In this document: positions 8,284 through 17,960 of the stretch, piece after piece | Position numbering within the stretch: position 1 is the first letter of the stretch | Layout: the number at the start of each line of letters is the position of its first letter | Assembly: GCA_043815445.1 (NCBI GenBank) | Contig: JBDRIY010000090.1 | Coordinates: 1 to 56,209 of the forward strand | Reading direction: 5' to 3' | DNA length: 56,209 bases | DNA from: Candidatus Omnitrophota bacterium | Lineage (GTDB): Bacteria; Omnitrophota; Gorgyraeia; Duberdicusellales; 4484-171 | Program-made: the position numbers and the translations under genes | Notes under the pieces: generated by a model | Databases searched by the model: none | What the model was told of the DNA's origin: nothing | What the model saw: only the letters and a program-made list of their open reading frames with translations

Positions 8284-9828
8284 ATGATTAAGAAAAAACT
8301 TTTAGAAAGAAGTGTCGAGCAATTAGTTGATTTGGGCAAGAAAAAGGGTTATCTCACCTACGATGAAATAAACCATTTTATTTCCGAAGAGATAACCGAT
8401 GTTCAGGACTTAGACTCTATTTTTGAGAGTTTAGGCAGTAAAGATGTTGTGGTTTTAGAAACAAAAGAAGTTGTTGATTGGGAAAAGGAAAAGAAGAAAC
8501 AGGCAGCTCCGGTTTCTCAGCCCAGTGATGACCCGGTAAAAATGTACCTTAAGCAAATGGGCCAAATTTCTTTGCTTACCAGGGAAGAGGAAATAAGCCT
8601 GGCTAAAAAAATAGAAGATGCTGAAAGCTCATTAAGAGAAGAAGTATTTTCTACTGATGTGTCGCGCGATACTTTTCTTGAAATCAGCAGGCAGCTGATT
8701 AAAGAGGCCTTGAATCCTGATGATTTTGTCAAAGGCGAGATAAAAAATAAGGAAAAAGAGGTAGCCAGGATAAGAAAACTTTATGGAAAGTTATCCCGAA
8801 TAAAAAAAGTAGAAAGCCAGAAACAAGTACTTAAAGAGTTTAATTTTACTATAGTTATAATCGAAGAGATAATTTCGAAAATTAGGGATATTGTTCGCGA
8901 GATTGAAAAGAAAAGAAGGCTTATCGATAAAATTAAGGAAAGAAATAAGCAGGCTCAAACCGAAAAACGGAGCTTGATAAAGGAAAGAAATAAACTAATA
9001 AAACAGCTGGGATTTGCCGAGAATGAAATTAGAAGCAGGATAAAGGCAATATTAGATAAATCTCGGTATTATAATCAGGCAAAAAGGGCCCTGGTGGAGG
9101 CTAACTTAAGGCTTGTGGTGAGTATAGCAAAAAAGTATGTAAATAGGGGGCTTTCTTTTTTAGACTTAATCCAGGAAGGGAACATGGGGCTTATTAAAGC
9201 GGTTGAGAAGTTTGAATATAAGCGGGGTTATAAATTTTCCACTTACGCTACCTGGTGGATACGCCAGGCCATAACCCGGGCTATAGCTGACCAGGCCCGG
9301 ACAATTAGAATTCCTGTGCATATGACCGAAACTATTAATAAAATAATTAGAATTTCCCGCCTTTTTATTCAAGAAAAGGGGAAGGAGCCTACACCTGAAG
9401 AAATAGCAAAAGAACTTAGGCTTCCAGTTATAAAAATAAAAGATATTTTGAAAGTGTCGCAGCAGCCAATATCAATCCATACTCCTATCGGCGATGAAGG
9501 AGATACTTCTTTCGGAGATTTTATAGAAGATAAAAAAGCGGTTTCACCGGCCAACGCTACTGTATTCTCTATGCTCAAAGAGGAACTTACCCAGGCTATG
9601 GAAAGCCTTACTGATAGAGAAAAAAATATTCTCACTTTAAGGTTTGGGCTTGAAGATGGAAGTTCAAAAACCTTAGAAGAGGTAGGAAGTATTTTTAAGG
9701 TTACCCGTGAGCGGATAAGGCAAATTGAAGCTAAAGCCTTGAAAAAGCTAAGACACCCCAGCCGTTCCCGGCGTCTCCAAACATTCTTGGAATTAACCCT
9801 ATTCAAAGGAAAATTCCACCCCTCGTAA
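8284..9828 (+). CDS. rpoD: RNA polymerase sigma factor RpoD (sigma70)
   Basis: Region 2 [24 protein letters not shown]. Region 4.2 [23 protein letters not shown]. Confidence 0.95.
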   Translation: MIKKKLLERSVEQLVDLGKKKGYLTYDEINHFISEEITDVQDLDSIFESLGSKDVVVLETKEVVDWEKEKKKQAAPVSQPSDDPVKMYLKQMGQISLLTREEEISLAKKIEDAESSLREEVFSTDVSRDTFLEISRQLIKEALNPDDFVKGEIKNKEKEVARIRKLYGKLSRIKKVESQKQVLKEFNFTIVIIEEIISKIRDIVREIEKKRRLIDKIKERNKQAQTEKRSLIKERNKLIKQLGFAENEIRSRIKAILDKSRYYNQAKRALVEANLRLVVSIAKKYVNRGLSFLDLIQEGNMGLIKAVEKFEYKRGYKFSTYATWWIRQAITRAIADQARTIRIPVHMTETINKIIRISRLFIQEKGKEPTPEEIAKELRLPVIKIKDILKVSQQPISIHTPIGDEGDTSFGDFIEDKKAVSPANATVFSMLKEELTQAMESLTDREKNILTLRFGLEDGSSKTLEEVGSIFKVTRERIRQIEAKALKKLRHPSRSRRLQTFLELTLFKGKFHPS

Positions 9829-9845
9829 TTTTCTTAATAAGACAA

Positions 9846-9965
9846 CAGACTGTGCCGTAATATTCGTTTCGTCATTGCCCGGTTTATCCGGGCAATCCAG
9901 AAGGCTTGATTTCATTGATTTCCTGGATTCTCCGCCTTCGCGGAAAATGACAAAAAAGCAGTCTG
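9846..9965. repeat. multi-hairpin spacer between rpoD and gatC
   Basis: Outer CAGACTG (9846-9852) / CAGTCTG (9959-9965). Inner hairpins attgcccgg/ccgggcaat, aatccag/ctggatt, ccgc-cttc-gcgg. Confidence 0.6.
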
Positions 9966-10012
9966 CAAATAAGTTTATAGATTTTTATAGGAGGAGTGGT
10001 ATACTTAAAGCT

Positions 10013-10297
10013 ATGGCAAATAATGAAAATGTAGAGTATACGGCTAATTTGGCGCGGATAGATGTTTCTGAGCGGGAAAAAGCGTCTTTAGGGGAACAGT
10101 TGTCTAAAATCATCGGCTATATTGATAAATTAAAGAAGCTAAATACCGACAACATAGAGCCGATGAGAGGCTTACATACTGAGAGAGATGTTAGGCGTGA
10201 AGACAAGGCCAAGATTTCAGGGGTGAAAGAAGATATCTTGAATAATTCGCCCTTACGTGAAGGAGATTATTTTAAAATCCCTAAGGTTATTGAATAA
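10013..10297 (+). CDS. gatC: Asp/Glu-tRNA amidotransferase subunit C
   Basis: Start trimmed to MANNENVEYTANLARI..., giving the GatC-typical length of 94 aa. Followed by gatA and gatB. Confidence 0.85.
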   Translation: MANNENVEYTANLARIDVSEREKASLGEQLSKIIGYIDKLKKLNTDNIEPMRGLHTERDVRREDKAKISGVKEDILNNSPLREGDYFKIPKVIE

Positions 10298-10331
10298 ACG
10301 CGGATTTTGGAGAACGCGGATGGACGCGGAT
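10298..10331. repeat. ACGCGGAT word x3 at the gatC/gatA junction
   Basis: acgcggat at 10298-10305, 10314-10321 and 10324-10331. The last copy contains the first ATG of the gatA ORF. Confidence 0.85.
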
Positions 10332-11766
10332 GAAAGATATAAATTATATGAATAATTTAATAAATCTTACAGGATTGGAAATTGCTGAAAAGATAAGCTC
10401 CGGAGAATTGGACAAGGGAGATGTTTACTCTTTTTTTAAGCAAAGGATAGAAAAGATAGATTCTTCTCTAAAAAGTTTTGTGGAGGTTTACGAACAGCCG
10501 GTTGAAACTAAAGGCAGTTCTTCTTTAGCCGGAGTGCCTATTGCTATAAAAGATAATATTTGCATAAAGGGAAAAAAGATTACTTGCGCTTCTAAGATTT
10601 TATCTTCGCATACCGCTGTTTATGACGCCGCGGTAATAGAAAGATTAAAAAAAGCCGGTTTAAATATTATTGGCACTGCCAATATGGATGAGTTTGCTTT
10701 TGGTTCATCTACTGAAAATTCCTGCTATGGGCCTTCGAAAAATCCTTGGGATATAACTCGGGTTGTAGGCGGTTCAAGCGGAGGTTCTGCTGCCGCGGTT
10801 GCTGCCAGGCTTGTTCCTTTTGCTTTAGGTTCAGATACCGGAGGCTCAATAAGACAGCCGGCTTGTTTATGCGGAGTTGTGGGTTTTAAACCTACTTACG
10901 GAAGAGTTTCCCGCTATGGCCTGATTGCTTTTGGTTCCAGCTTAGACCAAATTGGGCCGCTTACTACTAATTTCACAGATTGCGCGCATCTTTTAAACAT
11001 ACTTTGCGGCTGTGATGAAAAAGATTCTACTTCTGCTCCGGACAAAGTTCCTGACTTTGCTGAAAGTTTAAAGGATATCGAGCCGGGCTTAAAAATAGGC
11101 CTGCCTAAAGAATATTTTAGCCAGGGTTTAAATCCGGAAGTAAAAGAAGCTATGGCAGAGGTAATAAATATTTTTAAGAAGAAAAAGGCGGAATTTATAG
11201 AAATAAGCCTTCCTCGGACAGAGTATGCTGTTGCTGTTTATTATATTATTGCTTCTTCTGAAGCTAGCGCTAACCTACAAAGGTTTGACGGCGTAAAATA
11301 CGGCTTACGGGCGAAAAGCAGCAGCTTAAAAGAACTTTATTTCAAAACTAGGCAGCAGGGTTTTGGCGATGAGGCTAAGAGGAGAATTTTTTTAGGAACA
11401 TATAGCTTATCCAGCGGTTATTATGATGCTTATTATTTAAAAGCTCTTAAAGCCCGAAGGCTTATAAAAAATGATTTTGACCGGGCTTTTGAAGAAGTAG
11501 ATGTTATTCTTACCCCGACTTCGCCTACTCCAGCTTTTAAAATTGGAGAAAAATCCAGCGATCCTTTAAGTATGTATTTATCGGATATTTATACTATTTC
11601 GGTAAATTTGGCTGGAATTCCGGCAGTATCTTTTCCCTGCGGGTTTACTAAAAGCGGTTTGCCTATAGGCGGGCAATTAATAGCTAAAGAATTTGACGAA
11701 GCCTCACTGATAAGTTTAGGCTTTACTTATCAAAATTGTACTGATTTCCACAAAAAAATACCGTAG
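10330..11766 (+). CDS. gatA: Asp/Glu-tRNA amidotransferase subunit A
   Basis: Amidase signature GGSSGGSAAAVA, DTGGSIRQPA. The start could instead be the ATG at 10348. Confidence 0.93.
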   Translation: MKDINYMNNLINLTGLEIAEKISSGELDKGDVYSFFKQRIEKIDSSLKSFVEVYEQPVETKGSSSLAGVPIAIKDNICIKGKKITCASKILSSHTAVYDAAVIERLKKAGLNIIGTANMDEFAFGSSTENSCYGPSKNPWDITRVVGGSSGGSAAAVAARLVPFALGSDTGGSIRQPACLCGVVGFKPTYGRVSRYGLIAFGSSLDQIGPLTTNFTDCAHLLNILCGCDEKDSTSAPDKVPDFAESLKDIEPGLKIGLPKEYFSQGLNPEVKEAMAEVINIFKKKKAEFIEISLPRTEYAVAVYYIIASSEASANLQRFDGVKYGLRAKSSSLKELYFKTRQQGFGDEAKRRIFLGTYSLSSGYYDAYYLKALKARRLIKNDFDRAFEEVDVILTPTSPTPAFKIGEKSSDPLSMYLSDIYTISVNLAGIPAVSFPCGFTKSGLPIGGQLIAKEFDEASLISLGFTYQNCTDFHKKIP

Positions 11767-11796
11767 GCGGCGGATTTCCCGCCCGATTAATAAAAT

Positions 11797-13215
11797 ATGA
11801 ATAATTTTGAGACAGTAATAGGATTAGAAGTTCATACTCAGTTAGATACGGAATCTAAAATTTTTTGCTCTTGTTCTACTAAGTTTGACAGTCCGCCCAA
11901 TAGCAATATTTGTCCGGTTTGCTGCGGTTACCCGGGAGTTTTGCCGGTTTTTAATAAAAGAACTTTGGAATTAGCAGTAAGAGTTTGTACTGCTTTAGGC
12001 TGTAGAATTAATAAGAGTATATATTTTGAGCGTAAAAATTATTTTTATCCTGATTTACCCAAGGGTTATCAAATTTCACAGTATAAAATGCCTTTAGGGG
12101 AAGACGGTTTTTTGGAAATTCCTTCAGGAAAAAAAATAAAAATAAACAGAGTGCATTTGGAAGAGGACGCCGGAAAATTAATTCATAAGAATGATTATTC
12201 TTTGGTAGATTTTAACCGCGCCGGAACTCCGCTGTTAGAGATTGTTTCTTATCCTGATATCAATAGCCCCCAGGAAGCTTTTGAGTATTTAAGCTATTTA
12301 AAATTAATCCTTAAATATATTAAGGTTTCTGATTGTGATATGGAAAAAGGATCTTTACGCTGTGACGCTAATATATCTTTGCGCTTAAAAGGCGAAACTA
12401 AGTTAGGGGTAAAAGTAGAGTTAAAAAATATGAATACTTTTAGGGGAGTTAGAGCAGGTTTAGAATTTGAAATCAAAAGACAGGCTCAGGCCTTAAATGA
12501 GGGAGAAAAGATAAATATAGAAACTCGGCTTTGGGATGCTCAAGAATTAAAAACTATTGTTATGCGCGGTAAGGAAGAAGCTCATGATTATCGTTATTTT
12601 CCTGAGCCTGATCTTCTTAACTTTTCTGTGTCTGATGAAATTATTGCTAAAGAAAGTATTTTTGTGGGAGAACTGCCTTTAGCTAAAAGAAAAAGGTTTT
12701 TAAAGGATTACAGCCTTGGCGAAAAAGAGGCAGATGTATTTATTGATAATATTTGGCTGGCGGATTTTTTTGAAAAAGCTTGTAAGGTTTATCCTAAGGC
12801 TAAAGAAGTTTCTAATTGGCTTTTGGGGCCGTTTTTAGAGCAGGTAAATAATTTAGAAAAAGGGTTTGATTCGGTAAAAATATCTGTAGAGAACTTCTCT
12901 AAGGTGGCCCAATATTTTTCCCAGGGTAAAATGAATAATTTAGCCGCGAAAAAAGCTCTTTCTTTAAGTATAACCACTAATGAAGACATTGATAAAATTA
13001 TAGAAAGAGAAAAGCTAATTCAAATTTCAGGCGAAGATGAGTTAGATATTTTTATTGAAGAAGCAATCAAAGGCAATTCTAAAGCGGTTAAAGAATACTT
13101 AGAAGGAAAACAACAGGCAATAATGTTTTTAGTAGGCCAGGTTATGAAGAAGACTAAAGGGAAAGCAAATCCTAAAGTAATAAAAGAGATGTTGGAGAGG
13201 AGGTTGAAGAGATGA
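11797..13215 (+). CDS. gatB: Asp/Glu-tRNA amidotransferase subunit B
   Basis: MNNFETVIGLEVHTQL, CPVCCGYPGVLP, RVHLEEDAGK. Confidence 0.95.
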   Translation: MNNFETVIGLEVHTQLDTESKIFCSCSTKFDSPPNSNICPVCCGYPGVLPVFNKRTLELAVRVCTALGCRINKSIYFERKNYFYPDLPKGYQISQYKMPLGEDGFLEIPSGKKIKINRVHLEEDAGKLIHKNDYSLVDFNRAGTPLLEIVSYPDINSPQEAFEYLSYLKLILKYIKVSDCDMEKGSLRCDANISLRLKGETKLGVKVELKNMNTFRGVRAGLEFEIKRQAQALNEGEKINIETRLWDAQELKTIVMRGKEEAHDYRYFPEPDLLNFSVSDEIIAKESIFVGELPLAKRKRFLKDYSLGEKEADVFIDNIWLADFFEKACKVYPKAKEVSNWLLGPFLEQVNNLEKGFDSVKISVENFSKVAQYFSQGKMNNLAAKKALSLSITTNEDIDKIIEREKLIQISGEDELDIFIEEAIKGNSKAVKEYLEGKQQAIMFLVGQVMKKTKGKANPKVIKEMLERRLKR

Positions 13216-14450
13216 AAATGTATAAAAAGATACTCGATACTCGATACACGATACTCGTTTTAGGAATTTTAATTATGGCTTTGTTCTTCTACCATGCGGG
13301 AATTTCTTTTGCCCAGGAGAAGGATAAATTGTTTAGAGAACTTGATGTATTTGCTGAGAGCCTGGCAGTTATTGAGAAAAAATATGTAGAAGATGAACCG
13401 CCCCAAGATTTAATCTACGGAGCGATGAAAGGCTTACTTTCAACTCTGGATTCTTACAGCCAGTTTTTAACTCCTGATGATTTTAAAAATCTTATTGTAG
13501 AAACTGAAGGAAAGTTCGGCGGCTTGGGTATTGAAATTACCATAAGAGATTCAATGCTTACTATTATTTCGCCGATAGAAGACACGCCGGCATGGAAAGC
13601 AGGTATTGAGCCCGGCGATATTATAGTTAAAATAGACGGAGAATTAACTAAAGATATTACTTTGAATGAGGCTGTCAAGAAATTAAGAGGCCAGCCGCAG
13701 ACAGAGGTTACCTTAACCGTTTTTAGAGAAAAAGACCGGATAGTCAAGGATATCAAGATTATGAGGGGTATAATTAAAATACAGGATATAAAAAGAGCCC
13801 TTTTTTTAGAAGAGAATATCGGCTATGTGAAGATAGGCGAGTTTAGGGAAACTACCTCTAAAGATTTAGGTAAAGCTTTGGAGGGCTTAGAAAAACAAGG
13901 GCTGAAAGCCTTAATTGTTGATGTTCGCAATAATCCCGGAGGTTTGCTTATCTCGTCAATAGATATATCAAGCCGGTTTTTAAAAGACGGAGATGTAGTA
14001 GTATCTACTAAATCAAGGAGCGAGCCTGAAAGAATATATAAGTCTGTTTCTCTGGGCCAAAAATATATAGATATTCCTATAGTAGTATTGGTTAATAAAG
14101 GCAGCGCTTCAGCAAGTGAAATCCTTGCCGCGGCTTTAAGAGACAATAAACGGGCTATTCTTTTGGGAGAAACAACCTTTGGCAAAGGTTCAGTTCAAAC
14201 AATTATTCCTTTGTCTGACGGGTCTGCCTTGCGCCTCACCACTTCTAAATATTATACCCCCGCGGGCGTTAGCATTCACGATAAAGGCATTATACCGGAT
14301 ATTATAGTAAACAAAGAAGTTGTCGAAGAAGGCCAAAGAGATGTTTTTGAAGAGATTATAGAAGAAAAAAAAGATTTTGATTATAAAAAAGATTATCAAA
14401 TAGTGAGGGCTTTGGATTTGATAAAAGGACTATTAGTTTTGGAAAAATAA
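13212..14450 (+). CDS. C-terminal processing peptidase (S41) with PDZ domain
   Basis: PDZ GGLGIEI..GDIIVKIDG. Catalytic region NKGSASASEILAAAL and TFGKGSVQ. N-terminal signal anchor. ATGA overlap with gatB. Confidence 0.9.
   Translation: MKMYKKILDTRYTILVLGILIMALFFYHAGISFAQEKDKLFRELDVFAESLAVIEKKYVEDEPPQDLIYGAMKGLLSTLDSYSQFLTPDDFKNLIVETEGKFGGLGIEITIRDSMLTIISPIEDTPAWKAGIEPGDIIVKIDGELTKDITLNEAVKKLRGQPQTEVTLTVFREKDRIVKDIKIMRGIIKIQDIKRALFLEENIGYVKIGEFRETTSKDLGKALEGLEKQGLKALIVDVRNNPGGLLISSIDISSRFLKDGDVVVSTKSRSEPERIYKSVSLGQKYIDIPIVVLVNKGSASASEILAAALRDNKRAILLGETTFGKGSVQTIIPLSDGSALRLTTSKYYTPAGVSIHDKGIIPDIIVNKEVVEEGQRDVFEEIIEEKKDFDYKKDYQIVRALDLIKGLLVLEK
13229..13256 (+). repeat. GATACTC 7-mer x4 embedded in frame in the ctp N-terminus
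   Basis: gatactc gatactc gatacac gatactc, translated as LDTRYTIL. 13236-13255 is identical to 17884-17903. Confidence 0.85.
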
Positions 14451-14457
14451 AGTTTTA

Positions 14458-14606
14458 AATAAATCCGAAAAAATGAATAAACACGAAATCCGAAACAAAT
14501 CCGAAATTCGAATGTTCAAATTTTCAAAACGAAGAATATTGTTTTGGTTATTTGAATTTTGATTATTCGAATTTGTTTCGGATTTCGGATTTCGATATTC
14601 GGATTT
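14458..14606. repeat. long intergenic hairpin, AAATCCGAAA / TTTCGGATTT word family (copy 1)
   Basis: Left arm aaatccgaaa..cgaaatccgaaacaaatccgaaattcgaa. Right arm ttcgaatttgtttcggatttcggatttcgatattcggattt. Confidence 0.9.
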
Positions 14607-14617
14607 AAATTAAATAT

Positions 14618-15610
14618 ATGTATACATTAGGCATTGAAACTTCTTGCGATGAAACTTCCTGCGCTGTTCTTAAAAACCGTAAAGTTCTTTCGAATGTCAC
14701 TATCTCTTCTTTAAAAGAACATAAAAAATATGGAGGAGTTGTCCCGGAGATAGCTACAAGGGCTCACCTTGAGAATATAGATAAGGTTTTAGCCGCGGCT
14801 TTAAATTCAGCAGGCCTATCTTTAAAAAAAATAGGATTAATTTCTGTAACTTATAAGCCGGGCTTGATAGGGGCTTTGGTTGTAGGATTTAATTTTGCTA
14901 AGGCCTTAGCTTTATCTTTAGATAAGCCTTTTATAGCAGTTAACCATCTCCATGCTCATTTATTTTCTTATTTTTTAAATCGAACCGAAAAGTTTCATTT
15001 TCCTTTTTTAGGCTTAGTCGTATCCGGAGGCCACACTGAAATTTACCGTATTAATGATTTTGACCAAATAAAAATTTTAGGCCAAACTAGTGATGATGCT
15101 TGCGGAGAAGCTTTTGATAAAGTAGCTAAAGCCTACAATTTAGGTTATCCCGGCGGGCCGATTATTGATAAATTATTTAATTATAAATACAAGGATGATT
15201 TTAGTTTTAAATGCGGCAGAGCCGGTTTTGATTTAAGCTATAGTGGAATAAAAACCGCTCTTATTTATAAAAAAATAGAAATGGAGAAAAAAAAAGTTTT
15301 TGACGCGAAAATGAAAATAAGGCTTATTTCTTGTTTCCAATATTCAGCTATAGAAGCGGTTATCATGGCGATAGAGGAAGCTGTAGAAAAGTTTAAAATT
15401 AATAAGGTTGCCTGCGGAGGAGGGGTTATTGCTAATAAATATTTAAGGCAGCGCTTAAAACAACAGGGAAAAAGAAAAAAAATACATTTTTATACTCCGA
15501 ATTTAGAGTACGCGGGAGATAACGCGGCAATGGTTGCAGGATTAGGGTTTTACTTGTATAATAGCAGAGGTATGAAAAGCAGTATAAGCTTACAAGCGGA
15601 GGCAAACTAA
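14618..15610 (+). CDS. tsaD: tRNA N6-adenosine threonylcarbamoyltransferase
   Basis: GIETSCDETS, VNHLHAHL, SGGHTE, GGGVIANKYLR, DNAAMV. Confidence 0.9.
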   Translation: MYTLGIETSCDETSCAVLKNRKVLSNVTISSLKEHKKYGGVVPEIATRAHLENIDKVLAAALNSAGLSLKKIGLISVTYKPGLIGALVVGFNFAKALALSLDKPFIAVNHLHAHLFSYFLNRTEKFHFPFLGLVVSGGHTEIYRINDFDQIKILGQTSDDACGEAFDKVAKAYNLGYPGGPIIDKLFNYKYKDDFSFKCGRAGFDLSYSGIKTALIYKKIEMEKKKVFDAKMKIRLISCFQYSAIEAVIMAIEEAVEKFKINKVACGGGVIANKYLRQRLKQQGKRKKIHFYTPNLEYAGDNAAMVAGLGFYLYNSRGMKSSISLQAEAN

Positions 15611-15611
15611 A

Positions 15612-16040
15612 ATGTTAGGTTTTTCGGTAACAGCTGGACGGCTGATTATAGCTTTTGTTTTAGGCAGTATGATTGGTTTTGAAAGAGAGAGAAAAAAAAG
15701 AATGGCAGGCTTGCGGACTCATATATTAGTTTGTATGGGTTCAGCTTTGATAATGTTGACTTCTCTTCATGTTTGGGAGATTTATCAAGGAAAAGCTATG
15801 ATTGACCCGGGGAGAATTGCCGCCGGAGTAGTGACTGGTATAGGATTTTTAGGAGCTGGAACTATTATAAGAAGCGCTGAGGGAGTAAAAGGCCTTACTA
15901 CCGCGGCAAGCATTTGGATAAGTTCGGCGATTGGCTTAGCTGTAGGCTGCGGCTATTTTAGCGCCGCGATAACAACAACAGCAATTGTATATTTAGTTCT
16001 TTCGTTTCTAAAAAAGATTGAAAAAGACGCGGGTTTTTAA
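15612..16040 (+). CDS. MgtC/SapB-family membrane protein
   Basis: GFERERKKRMAGLRTHILVCMGSAL and GAGTII motifs. About 4 TM segments. Confidence 0.75.
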   Translation: MLGFSVTAGRLIIAFVLGSMIGFERERKKRMAGLRTHILVCMGSALIMLTSLHVWEIYQGKAMIDPGRIAAGVVTGIGFLGAGTIIRSAEGVKGLTTAASIWISSAIGLAVGCGYFSAAITTTAIVYLVLSFLKKIEKDAGF

Positions 16041-16096
16041 TAATTATAGAGGCTGGCCAATGCGCCGGCTCGAACAAAAATTTAAAAGGGGGTAAA

Positions 16097-16588
16097 ATGG
16101 CAAGACGGAAAGAAGAGGACAAAATTCTTGATGTAAGCGCTGCAATGCAGGGCAGCCTAGTTTTTTCCGACCCCGTAAATTTACGCATAAATGGGAAGTT
16201 CGAAGGAAACCTAACTACAAAAGGCAACCTTATTATTGGCACGGCAGCAAATGTACATGCTGATATTTCAGGAGAAAGTATTGTTATCGCAGGTATAGTA
16301 AAAGGGAAGATTAAGGCTACAGTCTCAATTAAGCTTGCCTCAACCGCTCAAGTTAGCGCTGATATCGCGGCCGTGAAACTTTCTATTGAAGAGGGAGCGG
16401 TTTTTAACGGAAGCTGCAGTACTTATGAATCAAGAATTTCTTTAGAGGACCTTTCTGATTATCTTTCTATTGAGGAAGATAAAATTATGGAATGGGTTAA
16501 CAGCGGAACAATTCCCGTGGAAAAAGAGAACGAAAAGTTAGTGTTTGACCGCGGGAAAGTTGAAGATTGGATTGCCCGTAAATCATAA
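16097..16588 (+). CDS. bactofilin-domain protein fused to a C-terminal excisionase-type HTH
   Basis: The beta-helical repeat pattern INGKFEGNLTTKGNLIIGTAANVHADISGESIVIAGIVKGKIKA..VFNGSC is typical of bactofilin. The C-terminal LSIEEDKIMEWVNSGTIPVEK..FDRGKVEDWI resembles HTH_17. Confidence 0.6.
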   Translation: MARRKEEDKILDVSAAMQGSLVFSDPVNLRINGKFEGNLTTKGNLIIGTAANVHADISGESIVIAGIVKGKIKATVSIKLASTAQVSADIAAVKLSIEEGAVFNGSCSTYESRISLEDLSDYLSIEEDKIMEWVNSGTIPVEKENEKLVFDRGKVEDWIARKS

Positions 16589-16679
16589 ACGCATCGATTA
16601 CGCAGATTAAAAAAATGTTGTATCAACTTTAAAATACTGTAGAATGTTTTTATTTTCAGTTTTTAATCATTTTTAAATT

Positions 16680-16994
16680 ATGAAAGAAAAACTTCTTAAT
16701 ACAAGGGAAGCTTCTTCAGCTTTAGGTATTTCGGAAAAAGAAATAATTAATTTAGCCAACACTAATCTTATTCCTCATTTTAAAGTTGCCGGAGAGTTTC
16801 TACGGTTCAAAAGAGAAGATGTAACAAAGATAAAGCCGGTAATTAAAAAAAAGTATAGGCTTTCCGAAAAAAAATACCGCCGCGCCGATAAGGTGAAGGA
16901 GTTTCTTTATTTTAATGATTTCTATATTATTTCTACAATAATAATTATAATATTACTGTGGGTAATAATTAAGGATATTGTCTTTAACGGTTAA
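16680..16994 (+). CDS. excisionase-type HTH protein with a C-terminal TM helix
   Basis: LLNTREASSALGISEKEIINLANTNLIPHFKVAGEFLRFKREDV, followed by hydrophobic FYIISTIIIIILLWVII. Confidence 0.45.
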   Translation: MKEKLLNTREASSALGISEKEIINLANTNLIPHFKVAGEFLRFKREDVTKIKPVIKKKYRLSEKKYRRADKVKEFLYFNDFYIISTIIIIILLWVIIKDIVFNG

Positions 16995-16997
16995 TTT

Positions 16998-17041
16998 AAA
17001 TAGGGACACATTCCGTTTATAAATGGAAGGTGTCCCTATTT
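16998..17041 (+). terminator. stem-loop terminator candidate
   Basis: aaatagggacacattcc (16998-17014) pairs with ggaaggtgtccctattt (17025-17041), with 1 mismatch. The T tract is weak. Confidence 0.45.
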
Positions 17042-17060
17042 AATATCTGAAAGGAGTGAG

Positions 17061-17381
17061 ATGGCAAGTTTTGATGATTTTTCTAAGTTGGATTTTAGGA
17101 TAGGTAAAATTTTAGAAGTTAGTTCACACCCTGATGCTGAAAAGCTTTATGTTTTAAAGGTAGATATAGGAGAAAAAATTGTTCAGCTGATAGCGGGTAT
17201 TAAGCCTTTTTATACGCCGGAGGAACTTTTAAATAAGCTTGTCACTATACTAGTTAATTTAGAGCCGAAAAACATTAGAGGAATATTGTCTGAAGGAATG
17301 CTTTTAGCGGCTCAGGGCAAAGATGATGTTAGCTTGATGATTTCTGATAAAGAAATAGCCCCAGGAAGCGCGATCAGGTAG
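17061..17381 (+). CDS. tRNA-binding domain protein (CsaA/EMAP-like)
   Basis: LDFRIGKILEVSSHPDAEKLYVLKVDIGE..QLIAGIK..LEPKNIRGILSEGMLLAA. Confidence 0.75.
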   Translation: MASFDDFSKLDFRIGKILEVSSHPDAEKLYVLKVDIGEKIVQLIAGIKPFYTPEELLNKLVTILVNLEPKNIRGILSEGMLLAAQGKDDVSLMISDKEIAPGSAIR

Positions 17382-17384
17382 ATT

Positions 17385-17447
17385 GATACTCGATGCTCGA
17401 TGCTCGATATTCGATGCTGGATACTCGATGCTTGATACTTGATGCTG
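17385..17447 (+). repeat. tandem 7-mer array GATRYTN x9
   Basis: gatactc gatgctc gatgctc gatattc gatgctg gatactc gatgctt gatactt gatgctg. Confidence 0.9.
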
Positions 17448-17472
17448 GCGGGGGATTTTATAAGAGGCGGCT

Positions 17473-17883
17473 ATGAAAACAGTTTATATAGAGATAAAAA
17501 CAAAGGGCAATAGCGATATTGTTGATCTTACTTCCGAATTAAGGAAGATAGTAGATAAAGAAGAACTTAAAGATGCTATCATTTTTTTAACTGTTTTAGG
17601 TTCGACAGCAGCTCTTACCACTATGGAATATGAACCTGGTTTAGTTAAAGACCTAAAAGCCGCGTTAGAAAGAGTTCTCCCTTACAAAAAAGATTATGTT
17701 CATAATTCTACATGGGCTGATGATAACGGGCACTCGCACCTGAGAAGTTCTTTTATAAAAACTGAGATGTTTGTATCAGTAACCCAGAGTAAGCTTGATT
17801 TAGGAATTTGGCAGCAGGTAGTTTTAATAGACTTTGATACTCGCCCCCGAGATAGAAAAATTGTAGTGAAGATAGTAGAGTAG
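17473..17883 (+). CDS. YjbQ/UPF0047 family protein (secondary thiamine-phosphate synthase family)
   Basis: Family-typical LTVLGSTAALTTMEYEPGLVKDL and DDNGHSHLRSSF motifs. Confidence 0.8.
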   Translation: MKTVYIEIKTKGNSDIVDLTSELRKIVDKEELKDAIIFLTVLGSTAALTTMEYEPGLVKDLKAALERVLPYKKDYVHNSTWADDNGHSHLRSSFIKTEMFVSVTQSKLDLGIWQQVVLIDFDTRPRDRKIVVKIVE

Positions 17884-17958
17884 ATACTCGATACACGATA
17901 CTTGATAGTTCGTAGAAACAAATATCGAAAATCGAGTATATAGTATTGAGTATCGAGA
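17884..17958. repeat. hairpin of GATACTC words and their complement GAGTATC
   Basis: gatactcgatacacgatacttgatagtt ... atcgagtatatagtattgagtatcgag. Confidence 0.85.
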
Positions 17959-17960
17959 AT

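Noticed and set aside
9369-9806. 145-aa minus-strand ORF, together with similar antisense ORFs at 3262-3588, 13823-14185, 23345-23731, 38199-38645, 47302-47643 and 53389-53724.
   Set aside because: All lie fully antisense to well-supported genes with clear motifs. Their compositions are low-complexity (S/L/K/F-rich), as expected of shadow ORFs in AT-rich DNA. None has an RBS or a recognisable motif.
17385-17447. Tandem short repeats here and at 53198-53240 and 46768-46795, considered as CRISPR arrays.
   Set aside because: The period is 7 nt with no unique spacers, the arrays span less than 70 nt, and there are no cas genes in the window.
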